Origin: Candidatus Daviesbacteria bacterium
Lineage (GTDB): Bacteria; Patescibacteriota; Microgenomatia; Daviesbacterales; UBA10151
Direction of reading: 5' to 3'
Assembly: GCA_016195715.1 (NCBI GenBank)
Contig: JACPZA010000031.1
Coordinates: 60,336 to 124,335 of the forward strand
Length of the DNA: 64,000 nucleotides
Positions 19,884 through 32,579 of this stretch are shown piece after piece (the stretch's first letter is position 1; each line of letters opens with the position of its first letter). The notes beneath the pieces were generated by a model, which made no database searches, was not told where the DNA came from, and saw only the letters and a program-made list of their open reading frames with translations. A program made the translations under genes and the position numbers.

Positions 19884-21020
19884 TTATTCAACTATAATTC
19901 TTTTTGTTGATGGTATCAGATGAACTAATAACTCATAAGAGATTGTACCGCAAATTTTAGCAGCATTTTCAATTGAATTTAAATCACTTGGGTTATCAGA
20001 ATAAATTATTACTTCATCACCGACTTTTGGGTTTTTGACTTTAGTTAAATCAATGGTTGTGACATTCATACTGACCCGACCAATAATTTGAGAAAATTTT
20101 TCTTTGACTTTAACAAATCCAATATTTGATAATCTTCTGTCAACTCCATCATGATAACCTATTGGTAAAACTCCAGCGATAGTTTTTTTAGAAACTTCAA
20201 AGCTGCCATCATAACCTACTCTATCTCCTTTGTTCAAAATTTTTATTTGAGCAAGTTTAGTAGTTAATTTTAAAATTGGTTGTAATTTAGAGTTTGGGTG
20301 CGGAGTATATCCATATAAAGCTTTTCCACCTCGAGCTAAATTAGTATGAAGGCTAACTAAATTAAAAATATTTTTATCAGTTAATGCTCCAGTGGCTGCT
20401 AAATGAAACCATTTGGGTTGTATATTAAAATCTTTTAAAATTTCTTTAGCTTTTTTAAAATTTTCAAGTTGTTCTAGAAATAATTTATCCTTAACACTTT
20501 CAGTTGATGCCAAATGTGACATTAAACCTTCAATTCTTAAGTTAGGATATTTTTTCAATTGTTTTAAAAATTCAGGTAGTTCCTCTAAATTTATTCCTTC
20601 TCTATGCATCCCAGTGTCTACAAAAATATGAATCTTACTCCCCTTTTGAAATTCATTTAAAATCTTTAGTGTCTCCAAATTAAAAACAGCGAACTGAAAT
20701 GGCATTTTTTTTATTTTTAGAGATTCTGGATCAATATGACCCATGATTAAAATTTCTCTATTAATCCCAGCTTTTTTTAATAGATAGGCTTCATACAAAC
20801 TGTCCACACAAAAAAATGGTGGGTTTAATTCATCTAAAATTTTGGCAACTAAATTTAATCCATGTCCGTAGGCGTTACTTTTTAAAACTGGGGCAACTGC
20901 AAAGTTGGGTTTTAAAGTTGATAAATATTTATAATTACTAATTAATTTGGATCTAGAAATTTCAATTTTATTTAAAGGGTAGGATTTTTTATAAAATATT
21001 TTTTTTAGTTGATCAATCAT
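19884..21020 (-). CDS. alr: Alanine racemase
   Basis: VLKSNAYGHG PLP-lysine motif, VDTGMHREG, VGYDG. Confidence 0.93.
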   Translation of the reverse strand: MIDQLKKIFYKKSYPLNKIEISRSKLISNYKYLSTLKPNFAVAPVLKSNAYGHGLNLVAKILDELNPPFFCVDSLYEAYLLKKAGINREILIMGHIDPESLKIKKMPFQFAVFNLETLKILNEFQKGSKIHIFVDTGMHREGINLEELPEFLKQLKKYPNLRIEGLMSHLASTESVKDKLFLEQLENFKKAKEILKDFNIQPKWFHLAATGALTDKNIFNLVSLHTNLARGGKALYGYTPHPNSKLQPILKLTTKLAQIKILNKGDRVGYDGSFEVSKKTIAGVLPIGYHDGVDRRLSNIGFVKVKEKFSQIIGRVSMNVTTIDLTKVKNPKVGDEVIIYSDNPSDLNSIENAAKICGTISYELLVHLIPSTKRIIVE

Positions 21021-22311
21021 TTAAAAATTGCTTTGCTAAATTATGGGTATCCCCTGCCCCCAGAAAAAAGATAATATCATCTTTTTGCAAGTTTGACTTA
21101 ATTTCTGATAATAAATTACTGGCAGAGCTTGAATAAATAATATTTGGCTTATCAATTGCTTTCACCAAATCTTTTGCAGAGACTAAACCATTGTCAATTT
21201 CTCTGGATGGATAAATATCTAAAATAAAAATTTTATCAACTAAAGCCTGTTTTAAAACTGAAACAAAATCATTAAAAAGGACTTTGGTTCTAGAAAACAT
21301 ATGAGGTTGAAAAACTACATAAATTTTATTTTTGGGAAATTTTTCTCTGGCAGCTTTTAAGGTAACTTTAATTTCGGTGGGATGATGTCCAAAATCAGAA
21401 TAAATATGAGCTTTTTTGTAATCTCCTAAATACTCAAACCTTCTGCCAATCCCAACAAAATTCATTAAACTAGTTTTAATTGCTGATGCATCTAAACCAA
21501 TTGCTAACCCCACCTGAAAAGCAGCCAGTGCATTTTGAAAGTTGTGATTGCCAACCAGTTTTAATGGCAGATCAATCTCTAAACTCTTTGAATAATCAAT
21601 AATTTCTGGGAAATGAAAATCTTTTGAAGCTTTATCTGAAACTAAAGTTTCTCTAACTCCAGCATCAGAAAGATTTGCAAAAATAGTTTGGCTAGTTTGA
21701 GATAAAAATTTTCTAAACGAATGTTTGTAATCTTCAAAGTTTTTAAAGTATTCAGGATGATCAAATTCAATTGAGGTAATAATAGAAATTTCTGGATGAA
21801 AATTTAAAAAGTTATCATTAAATTCATCTGCTTCTATAATGAAATATTTTGACTCCCCCACTCTAAAATTTGCATTCCATCTAGGAACTATTGCACCTAA
21901 AACTACTGATGGATCCAGCCCTGAATCTTCTAAAATTTCTGCAATCATACCAGTAGTTGTGGATTTACCATGAGTTCCACAAACTGCAATTATAAATTTA
22001 TCTTTCATTAAATATTTTGCTAAAAACTCATGCCAAGTTAAAATTGGGATACTCAGTTTTTTTGCCTCAATTAACTCTTCATTTTCTGGATCAAGGGATA
22101 AAATAGCTGGAGTAATAATTAACAAATCTAGGTTTACACCTCCGAGGTGTAAACCTAGATGGCCTGTATATAAAGTAGCTCTATCAAAATTCTCAGTGAA
22201 TTCAGTAAAAGGATTGCTATCACATCCACTAACCTCAAACCCCTTTGCTTTTGCCAGCGCAGCTGCTGCTGAAATCCCTGACCCGCCAATTCCTAAGAAA
22301 TGTATTTTCAT
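21013..22311 (-). CDS. murC: UDP-MurNAc--L-alanine ligase
   Basis: GIGGSGIS, GTHGKSTT, EADEF, DFGHHPTE, FQPH. Confidence 0.92.
   Translation of the reverse strand: MKIHFLGIGGSGISAAAALAKAKGFEVSGCDSNPFTEFTENFDRATLYTGHLGLHLGGVNLDLLIITPAILSLDPENEELIEAKKLSIPILTWHEFLAKYLMKDKFIIAVCGTHGKSTTTGMIAEILEDSGLDPSVVLGAIVPRWNANFRVGESKYFIIEADEFNDNFLNFHPEISIITSIEFDHPEYFKNFEDYKHSFRKFLSQTSQTIFANLSDAGVRETLVSDKASKDFHFPEIIDYSKSLEIDLPLKLVGNHNFQNALAAFQVGLAIGLDASAIKTSLMNFVGIGRRFEYLGDYKKAHIYSDFGHHPTEIKVTLKAAREKFPKNKIYVVFQPHMFSRTKVLFNDFVSVLKQALVDKIFILDIYPSREIDNGLVSAKDLVKAIDKPNIIYSSSASNLLSEIKSNLQKDDIIFFLGAGDTHNLAKQFLND
22126..22160. repeat. Perfect 35-bp palindrome (17-bp arms, 1-nt centre) within murC (family C)
   Basis: ATCTAGGTTTACACCTC-C-GAGGTGTAAACCTAGAT. 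Confidence 0.9.
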
Positions 22312-22366
22312 AAGTGCTAACTATAATTCTAAAATAATTAATTTGAAAAACAACAAACAGTTAAGA

Positions 22367-22942
22367 TTATTGTGTTCTCGCCACTTTGTTGACTGGTAAG
22401 AAAAAAGGTTGTTCTACTAAAGCTAACCTACTTCCTTGTAAGTTAATAGGATTTCCTTTTTTATCAGTCAACTCAACCCACGCGCCTCCACTTATAGTCT
22501 CATCTCCTAATTTTAAAAATCTCAAATTTGGTTGAGTAATAGTTCCATTATCTTTGTGAACCTCAACCCAACGTCCAAAAACTTCTGCTCCGTAAAATGT
22601 TTCTGGGGAAATAGTAAGAGTAGGTCTTCGTTCAAATCTTAGATCAAACCACCAAGGATTTCTCTCAATGCTTTGATATCTTCTAACAATTGGTTTTTGG
22701 GATTCATATACAATATTTACACCACTATCTTGAATAAAAGTTCCTAAATGTGATTGATACTCTTGTTGATAATGAGTTTCTTGCGGACTGGGACTATTTC
22801 TAGAGCAAAGTATTGCTCCCATACCTGCTAAATAAAGAGCAAAAGCTCCGGTTTTGACAATTGTGCTTCTATAAGTTCTAACCTTTTCTCCTACTGCTTC
22901 AAACATAAAAGACATTATATACTTATTGAGAACAATTATCAA
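22367..22942 (-). CDS. Hypothetical protein with one N-terminal TM
   Basis: 191-aa ORF filling the murC-gyrB gap; no recognised motif; start uncertain. Confidence 0.55.
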   Translation of the reverse strand: MIIVLNKYIMSFMFEAVGEKVRTYRSTIVKTGAFALYLAGMGAILCSRNSPSPQETHYQQEYQSHLGTFIQDSGVNIVYESQKPIVRRYQSIERNPWWFDLRFERRPTLTISPETFYGAEVFGRWVEVHKDNGTITQPNLRFLKLGDETISGGAWVELTDKKGNPINLQGSRLALVEQPFFLPVNKVARTQ

Positions 22943-22951
22943 ACTATGGGA

Positions 22952-24991
<2,040 letters not shown>

Positions 24992-25075
24992 TTATAAGAA
25001 GTATTGGTAGTTTAACAGCTCAATCGAATTTGTGCAAGTTGGTTGTATTAGATTAGGTTGTTACAAAGGTCTAAA

Positions 25076-25708
25076 CTAAGCACTTTTTGGTAAGTTTAGC
25101 ATTAAGTATTCTAGAATAGTTCTAATATTAACATTAGCTTTACTCCACTGTTCTGCTTGCAGCAGCTGCTTAACCAAATTTACTAAATTTGGACTGCTGT
25201 GAAGCTTATTTCTATAAAAAACTACTAAGCCTGCTAAAAATTCCTGTTTTTGTTCTAGTTTTTCAATAAACTTAAATCTATCTTCGATATTCATCTCTAA
25301 AAGTTGCTCAATTTCGCTGGAGAAATCTTGGGTTTGTTCTGGCTGATTATTTAAAATCTCTATCTGACACCTAGAGATGATTGTTGGAAGGAGCGAGTCT
25401 AGATTATCAACTCCTAAATAAAATAAAGCTTGCTCTGGGAGTTCCTCTAAAGTTTTTAAAAGTGAGTTTTGAGCTGGAAGAGTAAAATTATGAGCACTAA
25501 CTAGGGCGACAGCTCTAGCTTTGGCTGAGTATGGCTTTAAACTAAAGTGCAGTTTAATTTTTTTAGTCTCTTCTACTCCTAATTTTTCAGCATCTTCAAA
25601 ATATAATAAATCTGGATGATTTAATGAAAAGTCTTGAGTTGTTAAAAGCTTTAGGACTGCTTGTTCTCTTATTTTGCTATTTTTGTGGACTAGTATTTGA
25701 GCAAGCAT
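25076..25708 (-). CDS. DNA polymerase III delta-prime-like protein (shortened)
   Basis: NHPDL, AQNSLLKTLEE, LLPTIISRCQ clamp-loader motifs. Confidence 0.75.
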   Translation of the reverse strand: MLAQILVHKNSKIREQAVLKLLTTQDFSLNHPDLLYFEDAEKLGVEETKKIKLHFSLKPYSAKARAVALVSAHNFTLPAQNSLLKTLEELPEQALFYLGVDNLDSLLPTIISRCQIEILNNQPEQTQDFSSEIEQLLEMNIEDRFKFIEKLEQKQEFLAGLVVFYRNKLHSSPNLVNLVKQLLQAEQWSKANVNIRTILEYLMLNLPKSA

Positions 25709-25795
25709 AGAGAAGACATTATATTACAAATTGACAGCAGCTAAATATTTGGCTGATAATGAAATAAGTTCCAAAACTCTTGGGACGATTTCTAT

Positions 25796-27499
25796 ATGGC
25801 GCTAGCTGCTCAAACGATTGAAGAAATTTTGCTTAAACAAGGTTATTTACGTCCTGATCAAGTCTCAGCTATTAAGCTTGAAAGTATTAATTCTGGTCAA
25901 CCTTCGGAAAAAATTATCAGAGAACACAACTTTGCCACGGCAGAACAAGTGGCTCAAGCCCTCTCAATATTACTTGGGGTGCCATTTATCAAGTTAGAAA
26001 ATAAAGCCATTTCCACAGAAGTTTTAAATTTAATTCCTGAAGCTGTGGCAAAGCATTACCAACTAATCCCCTTTGATCGTCAGCTGGATAGGTTATCAGT
26101 AGCTATGGTTGATCCACTGGATTTACAAGTCATTCAATTTATTGAGAAAAAATCCGGACTTAAAGTTATTCCTTTTTTAGGCTATACCGAAGATATTTTA
26201 AAAGCTATCTCCAGCCAGTATTCTCAAAACCTAACCTCTGAAGTCACCTCAGCTCTAAAAGAAGTTTCTGAACTGCAGCGAGCAAATGCCCCTCAAGAGT
26301 CGATTGATCAAGCAGAAGTAATCCGCGAAGCACCAGTTTCCAATATTGTTACCCAACTTTTGGAGTATGCAGTTAAGACCCGAGCTTCAGATATTCATAT
26401 TGAACCTCAAGAAAATCAAACTAGAGTTAGATATAGAATTGATGGAATTTTGCACGAAAAAGTTATTTTACCTAAAAAAGTTCACGAAGCAGTTGTTTCT
26501 CGAGTTAAAATTTTATCAAATTTAAAAATTGATGAACGAAGGTTACCGCAAGATGGTAGGTTTACTTTTGAGTTTGCTGGAGCAGAGATTGATTTGCGTA
26601 TCTCCACTCTGCCGACAGTTTTTGGAGAAAAAGTAGTATTAAGATTGCTGCCAAAATCTGCTCAAGCACCCTCACTGACTGATTTAGGACTGCGTGGCAG
26701 TTCTCTAAAAACCCTAGAAACTCAACTCCTTCGTACCCATGGAATTATTTTAATCTGTGGCCCAACAGGTTCAGGTAAAACCACCACTTTATATTCAGTT
26801 TTATCGAAACTTTCAACAACAAAAGTAAATATTTTAACAATTGAAGATCCGGTTGAGTATGAAATTCCTGGAGCAAATCAAGTTCAAGTTAATCCCCAAA
26901 TTGGCTTAACCTTTGCCTCAGCTCTGCGGTCTTTTTTGCGCCAAGACCCAAATATTATCCTGGTTGGAGAGATTCGAGATACTGAAACTGCAGAGTTGGC
27001 TATTCAAGCTGCACTAACTGGTCACCAAGTTTTTTCTACACTACATACTAATACTGCATCAGGCGCTCTGCCTAGAATGCTAGACATGGGAACTGAGCCA
27101 TTTTTACTAGCTTCAGCTGTGAACGGAATAGCTGGGCAGAGAATTTTGCGAAAAATTTGTGAGCATTGTCGGGTTTCATTTACTCCTCCACCTGAGGTGA
27201 TTGAAAATATTAAAGTTACCTTAGGAAATCTAATCTCAACTAACAAACCAATCCAGCTTTACAAAGGTCAGGGTTGTAATTTTTGTAATCACTCTGGTTA
27301 TTTAGGACGGACAGGAATTTATGAAGTTTTATCAGTTTCAGAAAAAATTATGAAATTAATTTTAGAGCGAGCTTCATCCGTTGCTATTGAAGAACAAGCC
27401 GTATCTGAAGGGATGATTACTTTAAAACAAGATGGCTATTTAAAAGTTTTAGAAGGGGTGACCACTTTTGAGGAAGTTTTGCGTGTAGCCCAAGATTAA
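25796..27499 (+). CDS. pilB: Type IV pilus assembly ATPase
   Basis: ASDIHIEP, GPTGSGKTTT, LRQDPNII, two CxxC motifs. Confidence 0.93.
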   Translation: MALAAQTIEEILLKQGYLRPDQVSAIKLESINSGQPSEKIIREHNFATAEQVAQALSILLGVPFIKLENKAISTEVLNLIPEAVAKHYQLIPFDRQLDRLSVAMVDPLDLQVIQFIEKKSGLKVIPFLGYTEDILKAISSQYSQNLTSEVTSALKEVSELQRANAPQESIDQAEVIREAPVSNIVTQLLEYAVKTRASDIHIEPQENQTRVRYRIDGILHEKVILPKKVHEAVVSRVKILSNLKIDERRLPQDGRFTFEFAGAEIDLRISTLPTVFGEKVVLRLLPKSAQAPSLTDLGLRGSSLKTLETQLLRTHGIILICGPTGSGKTTTLYSVLSKLSTTKVNILTIEDPVEYEIPGANQVQVNPQIGLTFASALRSFLRQDPNIILVGEIRDTETAELAIQAALTGHQVFSTLHTNTASGALPRMLDMGTEPFLLASAVNGIAGQRILRKICEHCRVSFTPPPEVIENIKVTLGNLISTNKPIQLYKGQGCNFCNHSGYLGRTGIYEVLSVSEKIMKLILERASSVAIEEQAVSEGMITLKQDGYLKVLEGVTTFEEVLRVAQD

Positions 27500-27502
27500 T
27501 TT

Positions 27503-28576
27503 ATGAATATTCAACAACTACTTGACTTAACAATTGGCTCAAATGCTTCTGATTTACACCTTTTGGTGGGCTCTCCACCAACTTTAAGAATTGATGGAAA
27601 TTTAGCACCAATTAACGGTATGAATGTAATTTCTCAATCTGATTTTGAGAGTTTGGTTTTTGCGCTAATTTCTCCTTACCAAAAAGATCTTTTTTTGAGA
27701 GAATGGGAACTTGATTTAGGTTTTGATTTTGCTGGTAAAGCCAGGTTTAGGGTCAATATTTATAAACAAAGAGGAGCACTAGCCGCATCGCTTCGACTTA
27801 TACCCAAAACTATTCGATCTATTGAAGAGACCGGTTTACCGCCAATAGTTTCTAAATTAACCGAGCTTGAACAAGGTTTAGTTTTGGTGACTGGCCCAAC
27901 AGGTCATGGCAAATCCACAACTTTAGCTGCCTTAATTAATCAAATTAACAAAACCCGCTCAGTCCATATCTTAACTATTGAAGATCCAATTGAGTTTGTT
28001 TATCCAGAAGGTAAAGCTCTGATCTCTCAACGAGAACTAAACTCTGATACTAAAGCTTGGAATAACGCCCTAAAGTCTGCTTTAAGAGAAGATCCAGATG
28101 TAGTGTTAATTGGTGAGATGAGAGACTATGAAACAATTGCTTCAGCCATGACTATTGCTGAAACTGGACATTTAGTATTGGCAACGCTGCACACTAACTC
28201 TGCCTCTCAAAGTATTGATCGTATTATTGACGTTTTTCCTGAAAATCAACAACCTCAAATTCGCTCTCAGCTGGCTGAGGTGATTGAAGCAATTATCTCC
28301 CAGCGTTTAATCCCCACGATTAATCCTGGACGAGTTTTAGCAGCTGAGTTACTTTTTGCAGTCCCAGCTCTGCGAGCTATTATTCGGGAGGGAAAAAATC
28401 ACCTAATTGATAATTTAATTCAAACCTCAGCTGAAGCTGGAATGATTGGTTTGGAAACGTCTCTCGCGACATTAGTTCGGGAGGGATTAATTACTTCGGA
28501 GGTAGCTTTAAATTATGCTCTTAAACCGCAATTACTTAACAAATTTTTAGGTACTGATACTACTTCTTCAGCTTAA
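27503..28576 (+). CDS. pilT: Type IV pilus retraction ATPase
   Basis: ASDLHL, GPTGHGKSTT, ALREDPD, TLHTNSA, AIIRE. Confidence 0.93.
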   Translation: MNIQQLLDLTIGSNASDLHLLVGSPPTLRIDGNLAPINGMNVISQSDFESLVFALISPYQKDLFLREWELDLGFDFAGKARFRVNIYKQRGALAASLRLIPKTIRSIEETGLPPIVSKLTELEQGLVLVTGPTGHGKSTTLAALINQINKTRSVHILTIEDPIEFVYPEGKALISQRELNSDTKAWNNALKSALREDPDVVLIGEMRDYETIASAMTIAETGHLVLATLHTNSASQSIDRIIDVFPENQQPQIRSQLAEVIEAIISQRLIPTINPGRVLAAELLFAVPALRAIIREGKNHLIDNLIQTSAEAGMIGLETSLATLVREGLITSEVALNYALKPQLLNKFLGTDTTSSA

Positions 28577-28579
28577 AAT

Positions 28580-29788
28580 ATGCCAGTTTACAATTATATT
28601 GCTAAAGATCTCAGCGGAGTTGAGCATAAAGGTACGATTGAAACCGCAGACGAACACAGCGTCAGTCGAATTTTAAGTAAAAAATCCCTGATTGTTATCT
28701 CAATCAAAGAAAAAAAAGGTAACGCTGCCAATATTTTAAATAAATTTTTAAACAAAATCTCCTTTACCCAAATTGTGATTATTACCAGGCAACTTGCCAC
28801 TATGATTGAAGCAGGTTTAGTTTTGTCTGAGGCACTAGATATCTTAGAAAGCCAGCAATCTAATAAAAAACTCAAAGACATTTTAGGAGAAGTTTCCAGA
28901 GATGTTAAATCTGGTTTAGATTTAGCTTCGGCTTTAAGGAAACATCCAGATGCTTTTCCAGCACTTTACTGTAATTTAATCAAAGCTGGTGAGTCATCAG
29001 GTAAATTAGATGATGTTTTGTTACAAATGGCGACCAGTTTAGAAAAAGATCGAGAGTTTAGAAGTCGTATCCGAGGTGCGATGATTTATCCAATTGTTAT
29101 CTCGATAATGATGGTTTTAGTTGGAGGAGTAATGATCTTTTTTGTCATCCCAAAACTAACTTCGCTTTATACTCAATCTAATATTGAACTTCCCCTGCCT
29201 ACTAAAATTTTGATTGGTACTTCTAACTTTTTTCTAGGATATTGGTGGATGATTTTAATTTTTATAGTTGTTGGAGGAATTGCTTTTAGAAGATGGACCA
29301 GCACTCCTTCAGGCAAATATATTTTTGATAGGCTTTTACTTAGAATTCCAGTAGTAAGTAAAATTATCGAAGGAACATCTTTAACTAATTTTACTCGGAC
29401 TTTTGGATTACTAATTGCTTCGGGTATACCAATTTTAGATTCGTTGGTGATTGTTAAAGATGTGATGGGAAATGCGGTTTACAAAAAAGCTATCGAAACT
29501 AGTGCTCAAGGGGTAGAGCGAGGTTTACTTTTCTCAACTCAACTTGAGCAGATAGGAATTTTTCCCAGGATTGTTCCGCAGATGTTTCGGGTTGGTGAAG
29601 AAACTGGCAAAGTTGATGATATCGCTTTTAAATTATCAGATTATTTTGAATCCGAGTCAGACCATTTGGTTAAAAATTTAACTGTTATTATTGAACCAGT
29701 AATTTTAGTAATTTTAGGTATCGGAGTAGGTTTTTTAGTTTTATCCATTATTCTGCCAATTTACAAACTAACCAATTCGTTCTCGTAA
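28580..29788 (+). CDS. pilC: Type IV pilus platform protein (GspF family)
   Basis: RQLATMIEAG, GESSGKL, AMIYP, VGEETG, IEP. Confidence 0.92.
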   Translation: MPVYNYIAKDLSGVEHKGTIETADEHSVSRILSKKSLIVISIKEKKGNAANILNKFLNKISFTQIVIITRQLATMIEAGLVLSEALDILESQQSNKKLKDILGEVSRDVKSGLDLASALRKHPDAFPALYCNLIKAGESSGKLDDVLLQMATSLEKDREFRSRIRGAMIYPIVISIMMVLVGGVMIFFVIPKLTSLYTQSNIELPLPTKILIGTSNFFLGYWWMILIFIVVGGIAFRRWTSTPSGKYIFDRLLLRIPVVSKIIEGTSLTNFTRTFGLLIASGIPILDSLVIVKDVMGNAVYKKAIETSAQGVERGLLFSTQLEQIGIFPRIVPQMFRVGEETGKVDDIAFKLSDYFESESDHLVKNLTVIIEPVILVILGIGVGFLVLSIILPIYKLTNSFS

Positions 29789-29879
29789 AGTATAAGTTTA
29801 ACCACTTGACTGAGTGTTAACCATTGTGTCTAAAATAAGGTTAGAGATAAAACTCTAAATTTTAAGGAGGTGAGATAGT

Positions 29880-30452
29880 TTGAGAAAATCTGCCCAAATC
29901 CGATTAAATCGGACCCAAGGGTTTACGTTAGTTGAACTCTTAGTAGTCATTGCAATTATTGCTATATTAGCAGCTGTGGTAGTCTTAATCATTAATCCAC
30001 TGGAATTAACTAGAAGAGGTCGGGATGCTGCTAGATTAACTGATTTATCTAATTTACAACAAGCCATTAATGTAGCTGTTCAAGAAGCCACTAACTCTGG
30101 CTCTCAGATTCTGTGTAATGGTGCTGCGTATCCTTGTTTTGGTAACTCTTCTACAGGTGGTAGAGGTGCGGATGGAACAGGTTGGGTGAAAGTTAATCTT
30201 GGCTCGCAACAAAGTGTATCAGTCCCAACTTTACCAGTTGATCCAGTTAACTCAACAGGCGCAGCAGGTTATCATTATGTTTACTGTGCTGATAAACCAT
30301 CAGGTTCACTTGATGGATGGGAGATAGATACTAAGCTTGAGTCTGCTCAGCAAAGTCCGAAGATGCTGCAGGATGGTGGAGATGATAGCAATCTTTACGA
30401 AACTGGTTCTAATTTATTGCTAGTTGGCGTTTCCACAGGATGTACGTATTAA
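29880..30452 (+). CDS. Type IV pilin (candidate major pilin)
   Basis: QG|FTLVELL; strong SD AAGGAGGTGA 6 nt before the TTG start. Confidence 0.88.
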   Translation: MRKSAQIRLNRTQGFTLVELLVVIAIIAILAAVVVLIINPLELTRRGRDAARLTDLSNLQQAINVAVQEATNSGSQILCNGAAYPCFGNSSTGGRGADGTGWVKVNLGSQQSVSVPTLPVDPVNSTGAAGYHYVYCADKPSGSLDGWEIDTKLESAQQSPKMLQDGGDDSNLYETGSNLLLVGVSTGCTY

Positions 30453-30458
30453 TTTGGG

Positions 30459-31367
30459 ATGGAAATATTTAGCCTAGGTTTTATATTTGGAGCGATACTG
30501 GGAAGTTTTACAAAAGCACTGGCTGATAGATCTTTGACTAAAGTATCGTTTTTTGGAAGGTCGTATTGTAATCATTGTCAAAAACAATTGGTTTGGTACG
30601 ACCTTTTTCCAATTATTTCTTACCTACTTATTAAAGGTAAGTGCCGCTACTGCAAAAAAGCTATTCCGCTTGAGTATTTATTAGTTGAAGTTTTAATGGG
30701 GGTTTTAATAGCTTGGCTTTTTTTACAAATTATCCCAACCACTTTTTTAACTTTATCCCCTATCAGCCAAAGTTTAAAAATTATTGAGGTTATCTTTAAA
30801 TCTTTTGTTTTGCTAGTTTTAGTTAGTGTTTTTTTAACAGATATCAAAAAAGGTCTAATTCCTGATCGGATTACCTACCCTGCTGTAATGATTACTTTTA
30901 TATATTTGGTGGCATTAACGATTTATAAATCAGTTATTTTATATTTTTATTTAAAAAACAATACTTTTGGAAAATTTCTTCTCCCCCCTCATTCGGACTA
31001 TTTTTTTAGGCATGTCCTCTACTCCGCTGATCCATTGATTTCCGGGGTATTGTCTGCGCTAGGGTTAGGGTTATTCTTTGGCTTAATAATTATTTTGACA
31101 AAAGGCAGAGGTATGGGTGGTGGAGATTTAAAATTAGCTATTTTTATGGGGCTGACACTAGGCTTTCCTAGTAGTCTAGTTGCTATAATTTTAGCTTTTT
31201 TATCTGGTTCAATAGTTGGTTTAGTTTTGCTGGTTATAAAGATAAAACGTTTTGGTCAAACCATTCCCTTTGGGCCTTTTCTAGCGCTGGGATCTATCAT
31301 GGCACTTTTTTGGGGGCAGCAAATTTATGATTGGTATTTGAATTTTTCAAAAGGGTCAATATTTTAA
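30459..31367 (+). CDS. pilD: Prepilin peptidase
   Basis: Two CxxC motifs, GMGGGDLKL, IPFGPFL. Confidence 0.93.
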   Translation: MEIFSLGFIFGAILGSFTKALADRSLTKVSFFGRSYCNHCQKQLVWYDLFPIISYLLIKGKCRYCKKAIPLEYLLVEVLMGVLIAWLFLQIIPTTFLTLSPISQSLKIIEVIFKSFVLLVLVSVFLTDIKKGLIPDRITYPAVMITFIYLVALTIYKSVILYFYLKNNTFGKFLLPPHSDYFFRHVLYSADPLISGVLSALGLGLFFGLIIILTKGRGMGGGDLKLAIFMGLTLGFPSSLVAIILAFLSGSIVGLVLLVIKIKRFGQTIPFGPFLALGSIMALFWGQQIYDWYLNFSKGSIF

Positions 31368-31461
31368 AATTTAGTAGCTAAATTGGGGTATTGACAGCTT
31401 AAAAAAAAGATGTAAGAGTAGATATATAAGAGAAAAATAAATTTAAGAAATTTTTCAGAAA

Positions 31462-31935
31462 ATGCTAACCCAACTGCCCAAACAATTTAAATCATCCAAA
31501 GGTTTCACATTAGTAGAGTTGTTAGTTGTAATTGCAATTATTGCTATATTAGCAACTGTTGGTTTGGTAATTTTCAGTGGTCAACAAAAAAATGCTCGAG
31601 ATTCAAAAAGAAAATCTGATATAGATGCTATCGCAACTGCTTTAGAAAATGGCAAAACTCCAGGCGGAACTAGTTATAATGGTCTAGCAATTAATCAGTT
31701 TGTTCAAAATGCAGTTCCACTTGACCCGGGAAGTAATGGAGCTGTAAATGCACAATATAGCTATACAGGATCTGCTGTGGCTGCTCCAAGCTGGGATAAT
31801 ACAACTCAAATAAATCCCACTGGTTGGAGTACAGTCGGTGTAGGTACAGGAGCAGGTGCAACAGCTTGGACTGTTTGTGCTCATTTAGAAACATCAACAA
31901 CTGCAGTATATTGTAAGTCAAATGCGCAAAGTTAA
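31462..31935 (+). CDS. Type IV pilin
   Basis: KG|FTLVELL, ARDSKRKSD, CAHLE...YC. Confidence 0.88.
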   Translation: MLTQLPKQFKSSKGFTLVELLVVIAIIAILATVGLVIFSGQQKNARDSKRKSDIDAIATALENGKTPGGTSYNGLAINQFVQNAVPLDPGSNGAVNAQYSYTGSAVAAPSWDNTTQINPTGWSTVGVGTGAGATAWTVCAHLETSTTAVYCKSNAQS

Positions 31936-32563
31936 AACTATGTATATAAAATCTATAAATAGTACAAAAATGAATTTTAGCAGAGGCTTTACGTTAGTAG
32001 AATTAATGGTAGTCATTGCAATTATTGCCATCTTAGCTGCTATAGCAATTACAGTTTTTAGTGGTCAACAAAAAAATGCCAGAGATTCACAAAGAAGAGC
32101 TAATATAGATGCGATAGCTAATGCACTAGAGAGTAAAAAAGGGTCAAACGCAACATATCAGATCATATCTAGTAGTGATTTTACTTCACAAACTTTTCCA
32201 ACAGATCCAGGCTATGCAGGAGAACCCTCAAGGTATAGTATTTGTTACAATAAGACATCAGGTTCATCATTAGCACAAAATATTAGTCCAAATACAACTA
32301 CTGCAGCAAGCAGATTAGGTGGATGGCCAACAGGACATGCAGGTCCTACTGGTGCTACAGCTAATTCGACTTGTAAGGATGGAACAATAACTGATGGTCC
32401 CTTAGCTAACGCTAATGATTGGCCTCAAGTGGATACTGTCGTAACTACTGCGGCATTCTTTACTAGTGGTTTAGGTACATTTAACTGGGCAATTTGTGCT
32501 AAGCTAGAAGGAGCTGCTGGGACTCAAGCATCGCCATATTATTGTAGGACTAACAGCCAGTGA
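31922..32563 (+). CDS. Type IV pilin
   Basis: RG|FTLVELM, CAKLE...YYC; start may lie slightly downstream. Confidence 0.88.
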   Translation: MRKVKTMYIKSINSTKMNFSRGFTLVELMVVIAIIAILAAIAITVFSGQQKNARDSQRRANIDAIANALESKKGSNATYQIISSSDFTSQTFPTDPGYAGEPSRYSICYNKTSGSSLAQNISPNTTTAASRLGGWPTGHAGPTGATANSTCKDGTITDGPLANANDWPQVDTVVTTAAFFTSGLGTFNWAICAKLEGAAGTQASPYYCRTNSQ

Positions 32564-32579
32564 AGAAAGGAAGTAAAAA

